DNA of 64,000 nt from contig OZ024755.1 in NCBI GenBank assembly GCA_964016885.1, positions 44,702,001 to 44,766,000 on the forward strand. Direction: 5' to 3'. This stretch comes from Eledone cirrhosa (taxonomy: Eukaryota). Numbering within the stretch: the stretch's first letter is position 1; the number at the start of each line of letters is the position of its first letter. A model generated the notes under the pieces. The model was not told where the DNA came from. It did no database searches and saw only the letters and a list, made by a program, of their open reading frames with translations. Both the position numbers and the translations under genes were made by a program. Shown here in pieces: positions 1 through 14,700 of the stretch.

Positions 1-849
1 TCATATACTGACTACCACAGTTGACAGTACCAACGTATACTGTGTACCAGAGTTAACAGTACCAACATATACTGTGTACCACTGTTGACAGTATCAACAT
101 ATACTGTGTACCAGAGTTGACAGCACCAACATATACTGTGTACCACAGTTGACAGTAGCAACATATACTGTGTATCACAGTTGACAGTACCAACATATAT
201 AGTGTACCAGAGTTGACAGTACCAACATATACTGTGTACCACTGTTGACAGTACCAACATATACTGTGTACCACAGTTGACAGTACCAACGTATACTGTG
301 TACCACAGTTGACAGTACCAACTTTACTTTGTACCACAGTTGACAGTACTAATATATACTGTGTACCAAAGTTGAGAGTACCAACATACACTGTGTACCA
401 CAGTTGACAGTACTAACATATACTGTGTACCACAGTTGACAGTATCCACGTATGTGTACCACAGTTGACAGTATCAACGTATATCTGTACCACATATTGA
501 CAGTACCAACATATACTGGGTGCCACTGTTCACAGTACCAACATATACTGTGTACCACATTTGACAATACCAACGTATTCTGTGTACCACAGTTGACAGT
601 ACCAACATATACTGTGTACCACAGTTGACAGTACCAACGTATACTGTGTACCACAGTTGACAGTACCAACATATACTGTGTACCACAGTTGACAGTACCA
701 ACATATACTGTGTACCACAGTTGGCAGTACCAACATATACTGTGTACCACAGTTGAGAGTACCAACATATACTGTGTCCCACAGTTGACAGTACCAACAT
801 ATACTGTGTACCACAGTTGACAGTACCAACATATACTGGGTGCCACTGT

Positions 850-3800
850 TCACAGTACCAACATATACTGTGTACCACATTTGACAATACCAACGTATTC
901 TGTGTACCACAGTTGACAATACCATCATATAGGGTGTACCACAGTTGACAGTACCAACATATACTGTGTACCACATTTGACAGTACCATCATATACTGAC
1001 TACCACAGTTGACAGTACCAACGTATAATGTGTACCAGAGTTAACAGTACCAACATATACTGTGTACCATTGTTGACAGTACCAACATATACTGTGTACC
1101 AGAGTTGACAGTACCAACATATTCTGTGTACCACAGTTGACAGTACCAACATATACTGTGTATCACAGTTGACAGTACCAACATATACTGTGTACCAGAG
1201 TTGACAGTACCAACATATACTGTTTACCACAGTTGACAGTACCAACGTATACTGAGTACCAATGTTGACAGTACCAACGTATACTGTGTACCACAGTTAA
1301 CAGTACTAACATATACTGTGTACCACAGTTGACAGTACCAACGTATACTGTGTACCACTGTTGACAGTACCAACATATACAGTGTAACACAGTTGACAGT
1401 ACCAACATATACTGTGTACCACAGTTGACAGTACCAACATATACTGTGTACCATAGTTGTCAGTACCAACATATACTGTGTACCACAGTTGACAGTAACA
1501 ACATATACTGTGTACCATAGTTGACGGTACCAACGTATACTGTGTACCACAGTTGACAGTACCAACATATACCGTGTACCACAGTTGACAGTACCAACAT
1601 ATACTGTGTACCAGATTTGACAGTACCAACATATACTGTGTACCACTGTTGACAGTACCAACATATACTGTGTACCACAGTTGACAGTACCAACGTATAC
1701 TGTGTACCAGAGTTAACAGTACCAACATATACTGTGTACCACTGTTGACAGTACCAACATATACTGTGTACCACAGTTGACAGTACCAACGTATACTGTG
1801 TACCACAATTGACAGTAGCAACATATACAGTGTACCAGAGTTGACAGTACTAATATATAATGCGTACCACAGTTGACAGTACAAACATATACTGTGTACC
1901 ACAGTTGACAGTACTAACATATACTGTGTACCACAGTTGACAGTATCCACGTATATGTGTACCACATATTCACAGTACCAACATATACTGTGTACCACAG
2001 TTGAGAGTACCAACGTATACTGTGTACCACAGTTGACAGTACCAACGTATACTGTGTACCACAGTTGACAGTACCAACATATACTGTGTACCACAGTTGA
2101 CAGTACCAACGTATACTGTGTACCAAAGTTGACAGTATCAACGTATATGTGTACCACATATTGACAGTACCAACATATACTCTGTACCACAGTTGACAGT
2201 AGCAACGTATACTGTGTACCACAGTTGACAGTACCAACGTATACTGTGTACAACAGTTGACAGTACCAACATATACTGTGTACCTCAGTTGACAGTAGCA
2301 ACATATACTGTGTACCTCAGTTGACAGTATAAACATATACTGTGTACCACAGTTGACACTACCAACATATACTGTGTACCATAGTTGACAGTACTAACAT
2401 ATACTGTGTACCACATTTGACAGTACCAACATATACTGTGTACCTCAGTTCACAGTATCAACATATAATGTGTACCACATTTGACAGTAACAACATATAC
2501 TGTGTACCACAGTTTAGAGTACCAACATATACTGTGTATCACAGTTGACAGTACCAACATATACCGTGTACCACAGTTGAGAGTACCTACATATACTGTG
2601 TACCACAGTTGACAGTACCAACATATACTGTGTACCACAGTTGACAGTACCAACATATACTGTGTACCAGAGTTGACAGTACCAACATATACTGTGTACC
2701 ACAGTTGACAGTACCAACATATACCGTGTACCACAGTTGACAGTACCAACGTATACTGTGTACCACAGTTGACAGTACCAACATATAATGTGTACCACCG
2801 TTGACAGTACCAACATATACTGTGTAACAGTTGACAGTACCAACATATACTGTGTACCACAGTTATCAGTACCAACGTACACTGTGTACAACTGTTGACA
2901 GTACCAACATATACAGTGTACCACAGTTGACAGTACCAACGTATACTGTGTACCACAGTTAACAGTACCAACATATACCGTGTCCCACAGTTGACAGTAC
3001 CAACATATACTATGTACCACAGTTGAAAGTACCAACGTATACTGTGTACCACAGTTGACAGTATCAACATATACTGTGTACCACAGTTGACAGTACCAAC
3101 ATATACTGTGTACGACAGTTGACAGTACCAACGTATAATGTGTACCACAGTTGACAGTACCAACATATACTGTGTACCACAGTTGACAGTACCAACATAT
3201 ACTGTGTACCACAGTTGGCAGTACCAACATATACTGTGTACCACATTTGACAGTACCAACATATACAGTGTACCACAGTTGACAGTACCAACATATATTG
3301 TGTACTACAGTTGACAGTACTAACGTATACTGTGTACCACAGTTGACAATACCAACATATACTGTGTACCACAGTTGACAGTACCATCATATACTGTGTA
3401 CCACAGTTGACAGTACCAACATATACTGTGTACCACAGTTGACAGTACCAACGTATACTGTGTACCTCAGTTGACAGTACCAACATATACTGTGTACCAC
3501 AGTTGACAGTACCAACATATACTGTGTACCACAGTTGGCAGTACCAATATATACTGTGTATCACATTTGACAGTACCAAAAAATACAGTGTACCACAGTT
3601 GACAGTACCAACATATACTGTGTACCACAGTTGACAGTACCAACATATACTGTGTACCATAGTTGACAGTACCAACGTATACTGCGTACCACAGTTGACA
3701 GTACCAACATATACTGTGTACCACAGTTGACAGTACCAACATATACTGTGTACCATAGTTGACAGTATCAACGTATATGTGTACCACTGTTGTCAGTACT

Positions 3801-3900
3801 AACATATGCCGTGTACCACAGTTGACAGTACCGACATATCCTGTGTACCTCAGTTGACAGTACCAACATATACTGTGTACCACATTTGATAGTACCAACA
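850..3900. repeat. Older, more diverged paralog of the ~6000-9000 region (initial offset 5147)
   Basis: tgactacc occurs at 997 and 6144. ORFs 1000..1245 and 1460..1789 match 6147..6392 and 6607..6936. There are more mismatches and unit-sized indels than in the 5.8-kb pair, and the boundaries are approximate. Confidence 0.75.
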
Positions 3901-5789
3901 TATACTGTGTACCATAGTTGACAATACCAACATATACTGTGTACCACAGTTGAGAGTACCAACATATACTGTCTCCCACAGTTGACAGTACCAACATATA
4001 CTGTGTACCACAGTTGACAGTACTAACATATACTGTGTACCACAGTTGACAGTACCAACATATTCTGTGTACCACAGTTGACAGTACCAACATATACTGT
4101 GTACCACAGTTGACAGTACCAACATATACTGGGTACCACAGTTGACAATACCATCATATACTGTCTACCACAGTTGACACTACCAGCATAAACTGTGTAC
4201 CAGAGTTGACAGTACCAACATATACTGTGTACCACAGTTGAAAGTACCAACGTATACTGTGTAACACAGTTGACAGTACCAACATATACTGTGTACCACA
4301 GTTGACAGTACCAACATATACTGTGTACCACAGTTGACAGTACCAACGTATACTGTGTACCACAGTTGACAGTACCAACATATACTGTGTACCACAGTTG
4401 AGAGTACCAACGTATATGTGTACAACATATTGACAGTACCAACATATACTGTGTACCACATTTGACAGTACCATCATATACTGACTACCACAGTTGACAG
4501 TACCAACGTATACTGTGTACCAGAGTTAACAGTACCAACATATACTGTGTACCACAGTTGACAGTACTAACATATACTGTGTACCAGAGTTGACAGTACC
4601 AACATATATTGGATACCACAGTTGACAGTACCAACATATACTGTGTACCACAGTTGACAGTACCATCATATACTGTGTACCAGAGTTGACAGTACTAACA
4701 TATACTGTGTACCAGAGTTGACAGTACCAACATATACTGTGTACCAGAGTTGACAGTACTAACATATACTGTGTACCAGAGTTGACAGTACCAACATATA
4801 TTGGATACCACAGTTGACAGTACCAACATATACTGTGTACCACTGTTGACAGTACCAACGTATAGTGTATACCACAGTTAACAGTACCAACATATACTGT
4901 GTACCACAGTTGACAGTACCAACGTATACAGTGTACCACTGTTGACAGTACCAACATATACAGTATAACACAGTTGACAGTACCAACATATACTGTGTAC
5001 CACAGTTGACAGTACCAACATATACTGTGTACCATAGTTGACAGTACCAACGTATACTGTGTACCACAGTTGACAGTACCAACATATACTGTGTACCATA
5101 GTTGACAGAACCAACGTATACTGTGTACCATAGTTGACAGTACCAACATATACCGTGTACCACAGTTGACAGTACCAACATATATAGTGTACCAGAGTTG
5201 ACAGTACCAACATATACAGTGTACCACTGTTGACAGTACCATCATATACTGTGTACCACAGTTGACAGTACCAACGTATACTGTGTACCACAGTTGACAG
5301 TACCAACTTATACTGTGTACCACAGTTGACAGTACTAATATATACTATGTACCAAAGTTGAGAGTACCAACATATACTGTGTACCACAGTTGACAGAACT
5401 AACATATACTGTGTACCACAGTTGACAGTATCCACGTATGTGTACCACAGTTGACAGTATCAACGTATATCTGTACCACATATTGACAGTACCAACATAT
5501 ACTGTGTACCACAGTTGACAGTACCGACGTATACTGTGTACCACAGTTGACAGTACCAACGTATACTGTGTACCACAGTTGACAGTACCAACATATACTG
5601 TGTACCACAGTTGACATTACCAAGGTATACTGTGTACAAACAGTGGACAGTACCAATATATATGTGTACAACATATTGACAGTACCAACATATACTGTGT
5701 ACCACAGTTGACAGTACCAACATATACTGTGTACTACAGTTGACAGTACCAACATATACTGTGTACCACAGTTGACAGTACCAACGTAT

Positions 5790-8700
5790 ACTGTGTACCA
5801 CAGTTGACAGTACCAACATATACTGTGTACCACAGTTGACAGTACCAACATATACTGTGTACCACAGTTGGCAGTACCAACATATACTGTGTACCACAGT
5901 TGAGAGTACCAACATATACTGTGTACCACAGTTGACAGTACCAACATATATTGTGTACCACAGTTGACATTACCAACATATACTGGGTGCCACTGTTCAC
6001 AGTACCAACATATACTGTGTACCACAGTTGACAATACCAACGTATTCTGTGTACCACAGTTGACAATACCATCATATAGGGTGTACCACAGTTGACAGTA
6101 CCAACATATACTGTGTACCACATTTGACAGTACCATCATATACTGACTACCACAGTTGACAGTACCAACGTATAATGTGTACCAGAGTTAACAGTACCAA
6201 CATATACTGTGTACCACTGTTGACAGTACCAACATATACTGTGTACCAGAGTGGACAGTACCAACATATTCTGTGTACCACAGTTGACAGTACCAACATA
6301 TACTGTGTATCACAGTTGACAGTACTAACATATACTGTGTACCAGAGTTGACAGTACCAACATATACTGTGTACCACAGTTGACAGTACCAACGTATACT
6401 GTGTACCAATGTTGACAGTACCAACGTATACTGTGGACCACAGTTAACAGTACCAACATATACTGTGTACCACAGTTGACAGTACCAATGTATACTGTGT
6501 ACCATTGTTGACAGTACCAACATATACAGTGTACCACAGTTGACAGTACCAACATATACTGTGTACCACAGTTGACAGTACCAACATATACTGTGTACCA
6601 TAGTTGTCAGTACCAACATATACTGTGTACCACAGTTGACAGTAACAACATATACTGTGTACCATAGTTGACAGTACCAACGTATACTGTGTACCACAGT
6701 TGACAGTACCAACATATACCGTGTACCACAGTTGACAGTACCAACATATACTGTGTACCAGATTTGACAGTACCAACATATACTGTGTACCACTGTTGAC
6801 AGTACAAACATATACTGTTTACCACAGTTGACAGTACCAACGTATACTGTGTACCAGAGTTAACAGTACCAACATATACTGTGTACCACTGTTGACAGTA
6901 CCAACATATACTGTGTACTACAGTTGACAGTACCAACGTATACTGTGTAGCCCAATTGACAGTACCAACATATACTGTGTACCAGAGTTGACAGTACTAA
7001 TATATAATGTGTACCACAGTTGACAGTACAAACATATACTGTGTACCACATTTGACAGTACTAACATATACTGTGTACCACAGTTGACAGTATCCACGTA
7101 TATGTGTACCACATATTGACAGTACCAACATATACTGTGTACCACAGTTGAGAGTACCAACGTATACTGTGTACCACAGTTGACAGTACCAACGTATACT
7201 GTGTACCACAGTTGACAGTACCAACATATACTGTGTACCACAGTTGACAGTACCAACTATACTGTGTACCACAGTTGACAGTACCAACGTATACTGTGTA
7301 CCACAGTTGACAGTACCAACATATACTGTGTACCTCAGTTGACAGTACCAACATATATTGTGTACCTCAGTTGACAGTATAAACATATACTGTATACCAC
7401 AGTTGACAGTACCAACATACACTGTGTACCATAGTTGACAGTACTAACATATACTGTGTACCAAATTTGACAGTACCAACATATACTGTGTACCTCAGTT
7501 GACAGTATCAACATATAATGTGTACCACATTTGACAGTAACAACATATACTGTGAACCACAGTTTAGAGTACCAACATATACTGTGTATCACAGTTGACA
7601 GTACCAACATATACCGTATACCACAGTTGAGAGTACCTACATATACTGTGTACCACAGTTGACAGTACCAACGTATACTGTGTACCACAGTTGACAGTAG
7701 CAACATATACAGTCTACCACAGTTGACAGTACCAACATATACTGTGTACCACAGTTGACAGTACTAACATATACTGTGTACCATAGTTGACAGTACCAAC
7801 GTATACTGTGTACCATAGTTGACAGTACCAACATATACTGTGTACCACAGTTGACAGTACCAACATATACTGTGTACCATAGTTGACAGTACCAACGTAT
7901 ACTGTGTACCACAGTTGACAGTGCCAACATATACCGTCTACCACAGTTGACAGTACCAACATATAATGTGTACCACCGTTGACAGTACCAACATATACTG
8001 TGTATCAAAGTTGCCAGTACCAACATATACCTTGTTACCACAGTTGAGAGTACCAACATATACTGTGTACCACAGTTGACAGTACCAACATATAATGTGT
8101 AGCACTGTTGACAGTACCAACGTAAACTGTGTACCACATTTAACAGTTCCAACATATACTGTGTACCACAGTTATCAGTACCAACGTACACTGTGTACCA
8201 CTGTTGACAGTACCAACTTATACAGTGTACCACAGTTGACAGTACCAACATATACTGTGTACCACAGTTAACAGTACCAACATATACCGTGTACCACAGT
8301 TGACAGTACCAACATATACTGTGTACCACAGTTTAAAGTACCAACGTATACTGTGTACCACAGTTGACAGTATCAACATATACTGTGTACCACAGTTGAC
8401 AGTACCAACATATACTGTGTACGACAGTTGACAGTACCAACGTATACTGTGTACCACAGTTGACAGTACCAACATATACTGTGTACCACAGTTGACAGTA
8501 CCAATATATACTGTGTACCACAGTTGGCAGTACCAACATATACTGTGTACCACATTTGACACTACCAACATATACAGTGTACCACAGTTGACAGTACCAA
8601 CATATATTGTGTACCACAGTTGACAGTACTAACGTATACTGTGTACCACAGTTGACAATACCAACATATACTGTGTACCACAGTTGACAGTACCAACATC

Positions 8701-11700
8701 TACTGTGTACCAAAGTGGCAGTACAAACATATACTGTGTACCACATTTGTCAGTACCAACATATACAGTGTACCACAGTTGCCAATACCAACATATACTG
8801 CGTACCACAGTTGACAGTACCAACATATACTGTGTACCATAGTTGACAGTACCAACGTATACTGCGTACCACAGTTGACAGTACCAATATATACTGTGTA
8901 CCACAGTTGACAGTACCAACATATACTGTGTACCATAGTTGACAGTATCAACGTATATGTGTACCACTGTTGTCAGTACTAACATATGCCGTGTACCACA
9001 GTTGGCAGTACCAACATATACTGTGTACCACATTTGACACTACCAACATATACAGTGTACCACAGTTGACAGTACCAACATATATTGTGTACCACAGTTG
9101 ACAGTACTAACGTATACTGTGTACCACAGTTGACAATACCAACTTATACTGTGTACCACAGTTGACAGTACCATCATATATTGTGTACCACAGTTGACAG
9201 TACCAACGTATACTGCGTACCACAGTTGACAGTACCGACATATCCTGTGTACCTCAGTTGACAGTACCAACATGTACTGTGTACCACATTTCATAGTACC
9301 AACATATACTGTGTACCACAGTTGACAGTACCAACGTATACTCTGTACCACAGTTGACAGTACCAACATATACTGTGTCCCACAGTTGACAGTACCAACA
9401 TATAGTGTGTACCACAGTTGACAGTACTAACATATACTGTGTACCACAGTTGACAGTACCAATATATTCTGTGTACCACAGTTGACAGTACCATCATATA
9501 CTGTGTACCACAGTTGACAGTACTAACAGATACTGTGTACCAGAGTTGACAGTACCCACATATACTGGGTAGCACAGTTGACAGTACCAATGTATACTGT
9601 GTACCAGAGTTGACAGTACCAACATATACTGTGTAGCACAGTTGACAGTACCCACACATACTGGGTACCACAGTTGACAGTACCCACGTATACTGTGTAC
9701 CACAGTTGACAGTACCAACATATAATATGTACCAGAGTTGAAAGTACCAACGTATACTGTGTACCACTGTTGACAGAACCAACATATACTGTGTACCACA
9801 GTTGACAGAACCAACATATACTGTGTACCACAGTTGATAGTACCAACATATAACGTGTACCACAGTTGAGAGTACCAACATATAATGTGTACCACAGTTG
9901 ACAGTACCAAAATATATTGTGTACCACTGTTGACAGTACCAACGTATACTGTGTACCACATTTAACAGTACCAACATATAATGTGTACCACAGTTGACAG
10001 TACCAACGTATACTGTGTACCACTGTTGACAGTACCAACATATACAGTGTACCACAGTTGACGGTACCAACATATACTGTGTAACATAGTTGACAGTACC
10101 AACGTATACTGTGTACCACATTTGACAGTACCAACATATACCGTGTACCACGGTTGATAGTACCAATGCATACTGTGTACCATAGTTTACAGTACCAACG
10201 TATACTCTGTACCACATTTGAGAGTACCAACATATACCGTGTACCACAGTTGACAGTACCAATATATACTGTGTTCCACAGTGGACAGTACCAACATATA
10301 CTGTGTACCACAGTTGAAAGTACCAACGTATACTGTGTACCACAGTTGACAGTACCAACATATACTGTGTACCACAGTTGACAGTACCAACATATACTGT
10401 GTACCACAGTTGACAGTACCAACGTATACTGTGTACCACATTTGACAGTACCAACATATACTGTGTACCACAGTTGACAGTACCAACATATAGTGTGTAC
10501 CACAGTTGGCAATACCAACATATACTGTGTACCACAGTTGACAGTACCAACATATACTGTGTACCACAGTTGAGAGTACCAACATATATTGTGTACCACG
10601 GTTGACAGTACCAACATATAATGGGTGCCACTGTTGACAGTCCCAACATATACTGTGTACCACAGTTGACAATACCAACGTATACTGTGTACCACAGTTG
10701 ACAGTACCAACATATACTGTGTACCACAGTTGACAGTACCAACGTATACTGTGTACCACAGTTGACAGTACTAACATATACTGTGTACCAGAGTTGACAG
10801 TACCAACATATACTGTGTACCAGAGTTGACAGTACTAACATATACTGTGTACCAGAGTTGAAAATACCAACATATATTGGATACCTCAGTTGACAGTACC
10901 AACATTTACTGTGTACCACTGTTGACAGTACCAACGTATACTGTGTACCATTGTTGACAGTACCAACATATACGGTATAACACAGTTGACAGAACCAACA
11001 TATACTGTGTACCACAGTTGACAGTACCAACATATACTGTGTACCATAGTTGACAGTACCAACGTATACTGTGTACCACAGTTGACAGTAACAACGTATA
11101 CTGTGTACCACAGTTGACAGTACCAACGTATAATGTGTACTACAGTTGAATGTACCAACGTATACTGTGTACCACAGTTGACAGTACCAACATATACTGT
11201 GTACCACATTTGACAGTACCAACATATACCGTGTACCACATTTGACAGTACAAACATATACTGTGTACCACAGTTGACAGTACCAACATATACCGTAGTA
11301 CCACATTTGAGAGTACCAACATATACTGTGTACCACAGTTGACAGTACCAACATATACTGTGTACCACTGTTGACAGTACCAACGTATATTGTGTACCAC
11401 AGTTAACAGTACCAACATATAATGTGTACCACAGTTGACAGTACCAACGTATACTGTGTATCACTGTTGACAGTACCAACATATAGTGTGTACCACAGAT
11501 GACAGTACCAACGGATACTGTGTACCACATTTGACAGTACCAACATATACTGTGTACCACAGCTGGCAGTACCAACATATACTGTATAACACAGTTGACA
11601 GTACCCACATATACTGGATACCACAGTTGACAATACCATCATATACTGTGTACCACAGTTGACAGTACCAACATATACTGTGTACCACAGTTGACAGTAC

Positions 11701-14700
11701 CAACATATACTGTGTACCACAGTTGGCAGTACCAACATATACTGTGTACCACAGTTGAGAGTACCAACATATACTGTGTACCACAGTTGACAGTACCAAC
11801 ATATATTGTGTACCACAGTTGACATTACCAACATATACTGGGTGCCACTGTTCACAGTACCAACATATACTGTGTACCACAGTTGACAATACCAACGTAT
11901 TCTGTGTACCACAGTTGACAATACCATCATATAGGGTGTACCACAGTTGACAGTACCAACATATACTGTGTACCACATTTGACAGTACCATCATATACTG
12001 ACTACCACAGTTGACAGTACCAACGTATAATGTGTACCAGAGTTAACAGTACCAACATATACTGTGTACCACTGTTGACAGTACCAACATATACTGTGTA
12101 CCAGAGTGGACAGTACCAACATATTCTGTGTACCACAGTTGACAGTACCAACATATACTGTGTATCACAGTTGACAGTACTAACATATACTGTGTACCAG
12201 AGTTGACAGTACCAACATATACTGTGTACCACAGTTGACAGTACCAACATATACTGTGTACCAATGTTGACAGTACCAACGTATACTGTGGACCACAGTT
12301 AACAGTACCAACATATACTGTGTACCACAGTTGACAGTACCAACGTATACAGTGTACCACAGTTGACAGTACCAACATATACTGTGTACCACAGTTGACA
12401 GTACCAACATATACTGTGTACCATAGTTGTCAGTACCAACATATACTGTGTACCACAGTTGACAGTAACAACATATACTGTGTACCATAGTTGACAATAC
12501 CAACGTATACTGTGTACCACAGTTGACAGTACCAACATATACCGTGTACCACAGTTGACAGTACCAACATATACTGTGTACCAGATTTGACAGTACCAAC
12601 ATATACTGTGTACCACTGTTGACAGTACAAACATATACTGTTTACCACAGTTGACAGTACCAACGTATACTGTGTACCAGAGTTAACAGTACCAACATAT
12701 ACTGTGTACCACTGTTGACAGTACCAACATATACTGTGTACTACAGTTGACAGTACCAACGTATACTGTGTAGCACAATTGACAGTACCAACATATACTG
12801 TGTACCAGAGTTGACAGTACTAATATATAATGTGTACCACAGTTGACAGTACAAACATATACTGTGTACCACATTTGACAGTACTAACATATACTGTGTA
12901 CCACAGTTGACAGTATCCACGTATATGTGTACCACATATTGACAGTACCAACATATACTGTGTACCACAGTTGAGAGTACCAACGTATACTGTGTACCAC
13001 AGTTGACAGTACCAACGTATACTGTGTACCACAGTTGACAGTACCAACATATACTGTGTACCACAGTTGACAGTACCAACGTATACTGTGTACCACAGTT
13101 GACAGTACCAACGTATACTGTGTACCACAGTTGACAGTACCAACATATACTGTGTACCTCAGTTGACAGTACCAACATATATTGTGTACCTCAGTTGACA
13201 GTATAAACATATACTGTATACCACAGTTGACAGTACCAACATACACTGTGTACCATAGTTGACAGTACTAACATATACTGTGTACCAAATTTGACAGTAC
13301 CAACATATACTGTGTACCTCAGTTGACAGTATCAACATATAATGTGTACCACATTTGACAGTAACAACATATACTGTGAACCACAGTTTAGAGTACCAAC
13401 ATATACTGTGTATCACAGTTGACAGTACCAACATATACCGTATACCACAGTTGAGAGTACCTACATATACTGTGTACCACAGTTGACAGTACCAACGTAT
13501 ACTGTGTACCACAGTTGACAGTAGCAACATATACAGTCTACCACAGTTGACAGTACCAACATATACTGTGTACCACAGTTGACAGTACTAACATATACTG
13601 TGTACCATAGTTGACAGTACCAACGTATACTGTGTACCATAGTTGACAGTACCAACATATACTGTGTACCACAGTTGACAGTACCAACATATACTGTGTA
13701 CCATAGTTGACAGTACCAACGTATACTGTGTACCACAGTTGACAGTACCAACATATACCGTCTACCACAGTTGACAGTACCAACATATAATGTGTACCAT
13801 CGTTGACAGTACCAACATATACTGTGTATCAAAGTTGCCAGTACCAACATATACCTTGTTACCACAGTTGAGAGTACCAACATATACTGTGTACCACAGT
13901 TGACAGTACCAACATATAATGTGTAGCACTGTTGACAGTACCAACGTATACTGTGTACCACATTTAACAGTTCCAACATATACTGTGTACCACAGTTATC
14001 AGTACCAACGTACACTGTGTACCACTGTTGACAGTACCAACTTATACAGTGTACCACAGTTGACAGTACCAACATATACTGTGTACCACAGTTAACAGTA
14101 CCAACATATACCGTGTACCACAGTTGACAGTACCAACATATACTGTGTACCACAGTTTAAAGTACCAACGTATACTGTGTACCACAGTTGACAGTATCAA
14201 CATATACTGTGTACCACAGTTGACAGTACCAACATATACTGTGTACGACAGTTGACAGTACCAACGTATACTGTGTACCACAGTTGACAGTACCAACATA
14301 TACTGTGTACCACAGTTGACAGTACCAATATATACTGTGTACCACAGTTGGCAGTACCAACATATACTGTGTACCACATTTGACACTACCAACATATACA
14401 GTGTACCACAGTTGACAGTACCAACATATATTGTGTACCACAGTTGACAGTACTAACGTATACTGTGTACCACAGTTGACAATACCAACATATACTGTGT
14501 ACCACAGTTGACAGTACCATCATATATTGTGTACCACAGTTGACAGTACCAACATATACTGTGTACCACAGTTGACAGTACCAACGTATACTGTGTACCA
14601 CAGTTGACAGTACCAACATATACTGTGTACCACAGTTGACAGTACCAACATCTACTGTGTACCAAAGTGGGCAGTACAAACATATACTGTGTACCACATT

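Noticed and set aside
134-150. V(D)J RSS heptamers or Transib-like ends arranged like a signal joint (TACTGTG-TAC-CACAGTT)
   Set aside because: These are 6/7 matches to CACAGTG, exact only in rare variants. There is no ACAAAAACC-like nonamer at 12 or 23 bp and no transposase or target-site duplication.
134-160. LexA/SOS box-like TACTGT...ACAGT dyad
   Set aside because: CTGT-to-ACAG spacing is 5 or 12 bp, whereas the E. coli-type box needs CTGT-N8-ACAG.
1009-1029. Bacterial sigma70 promoter: TTGACA plus TATACT/TATAAT in each unit
   Set aside because: Both hexamers match well, but the spacing is 9 bp (or 41 bp to the next unit), not 16-18 bp, and there is no bacterial gene context.
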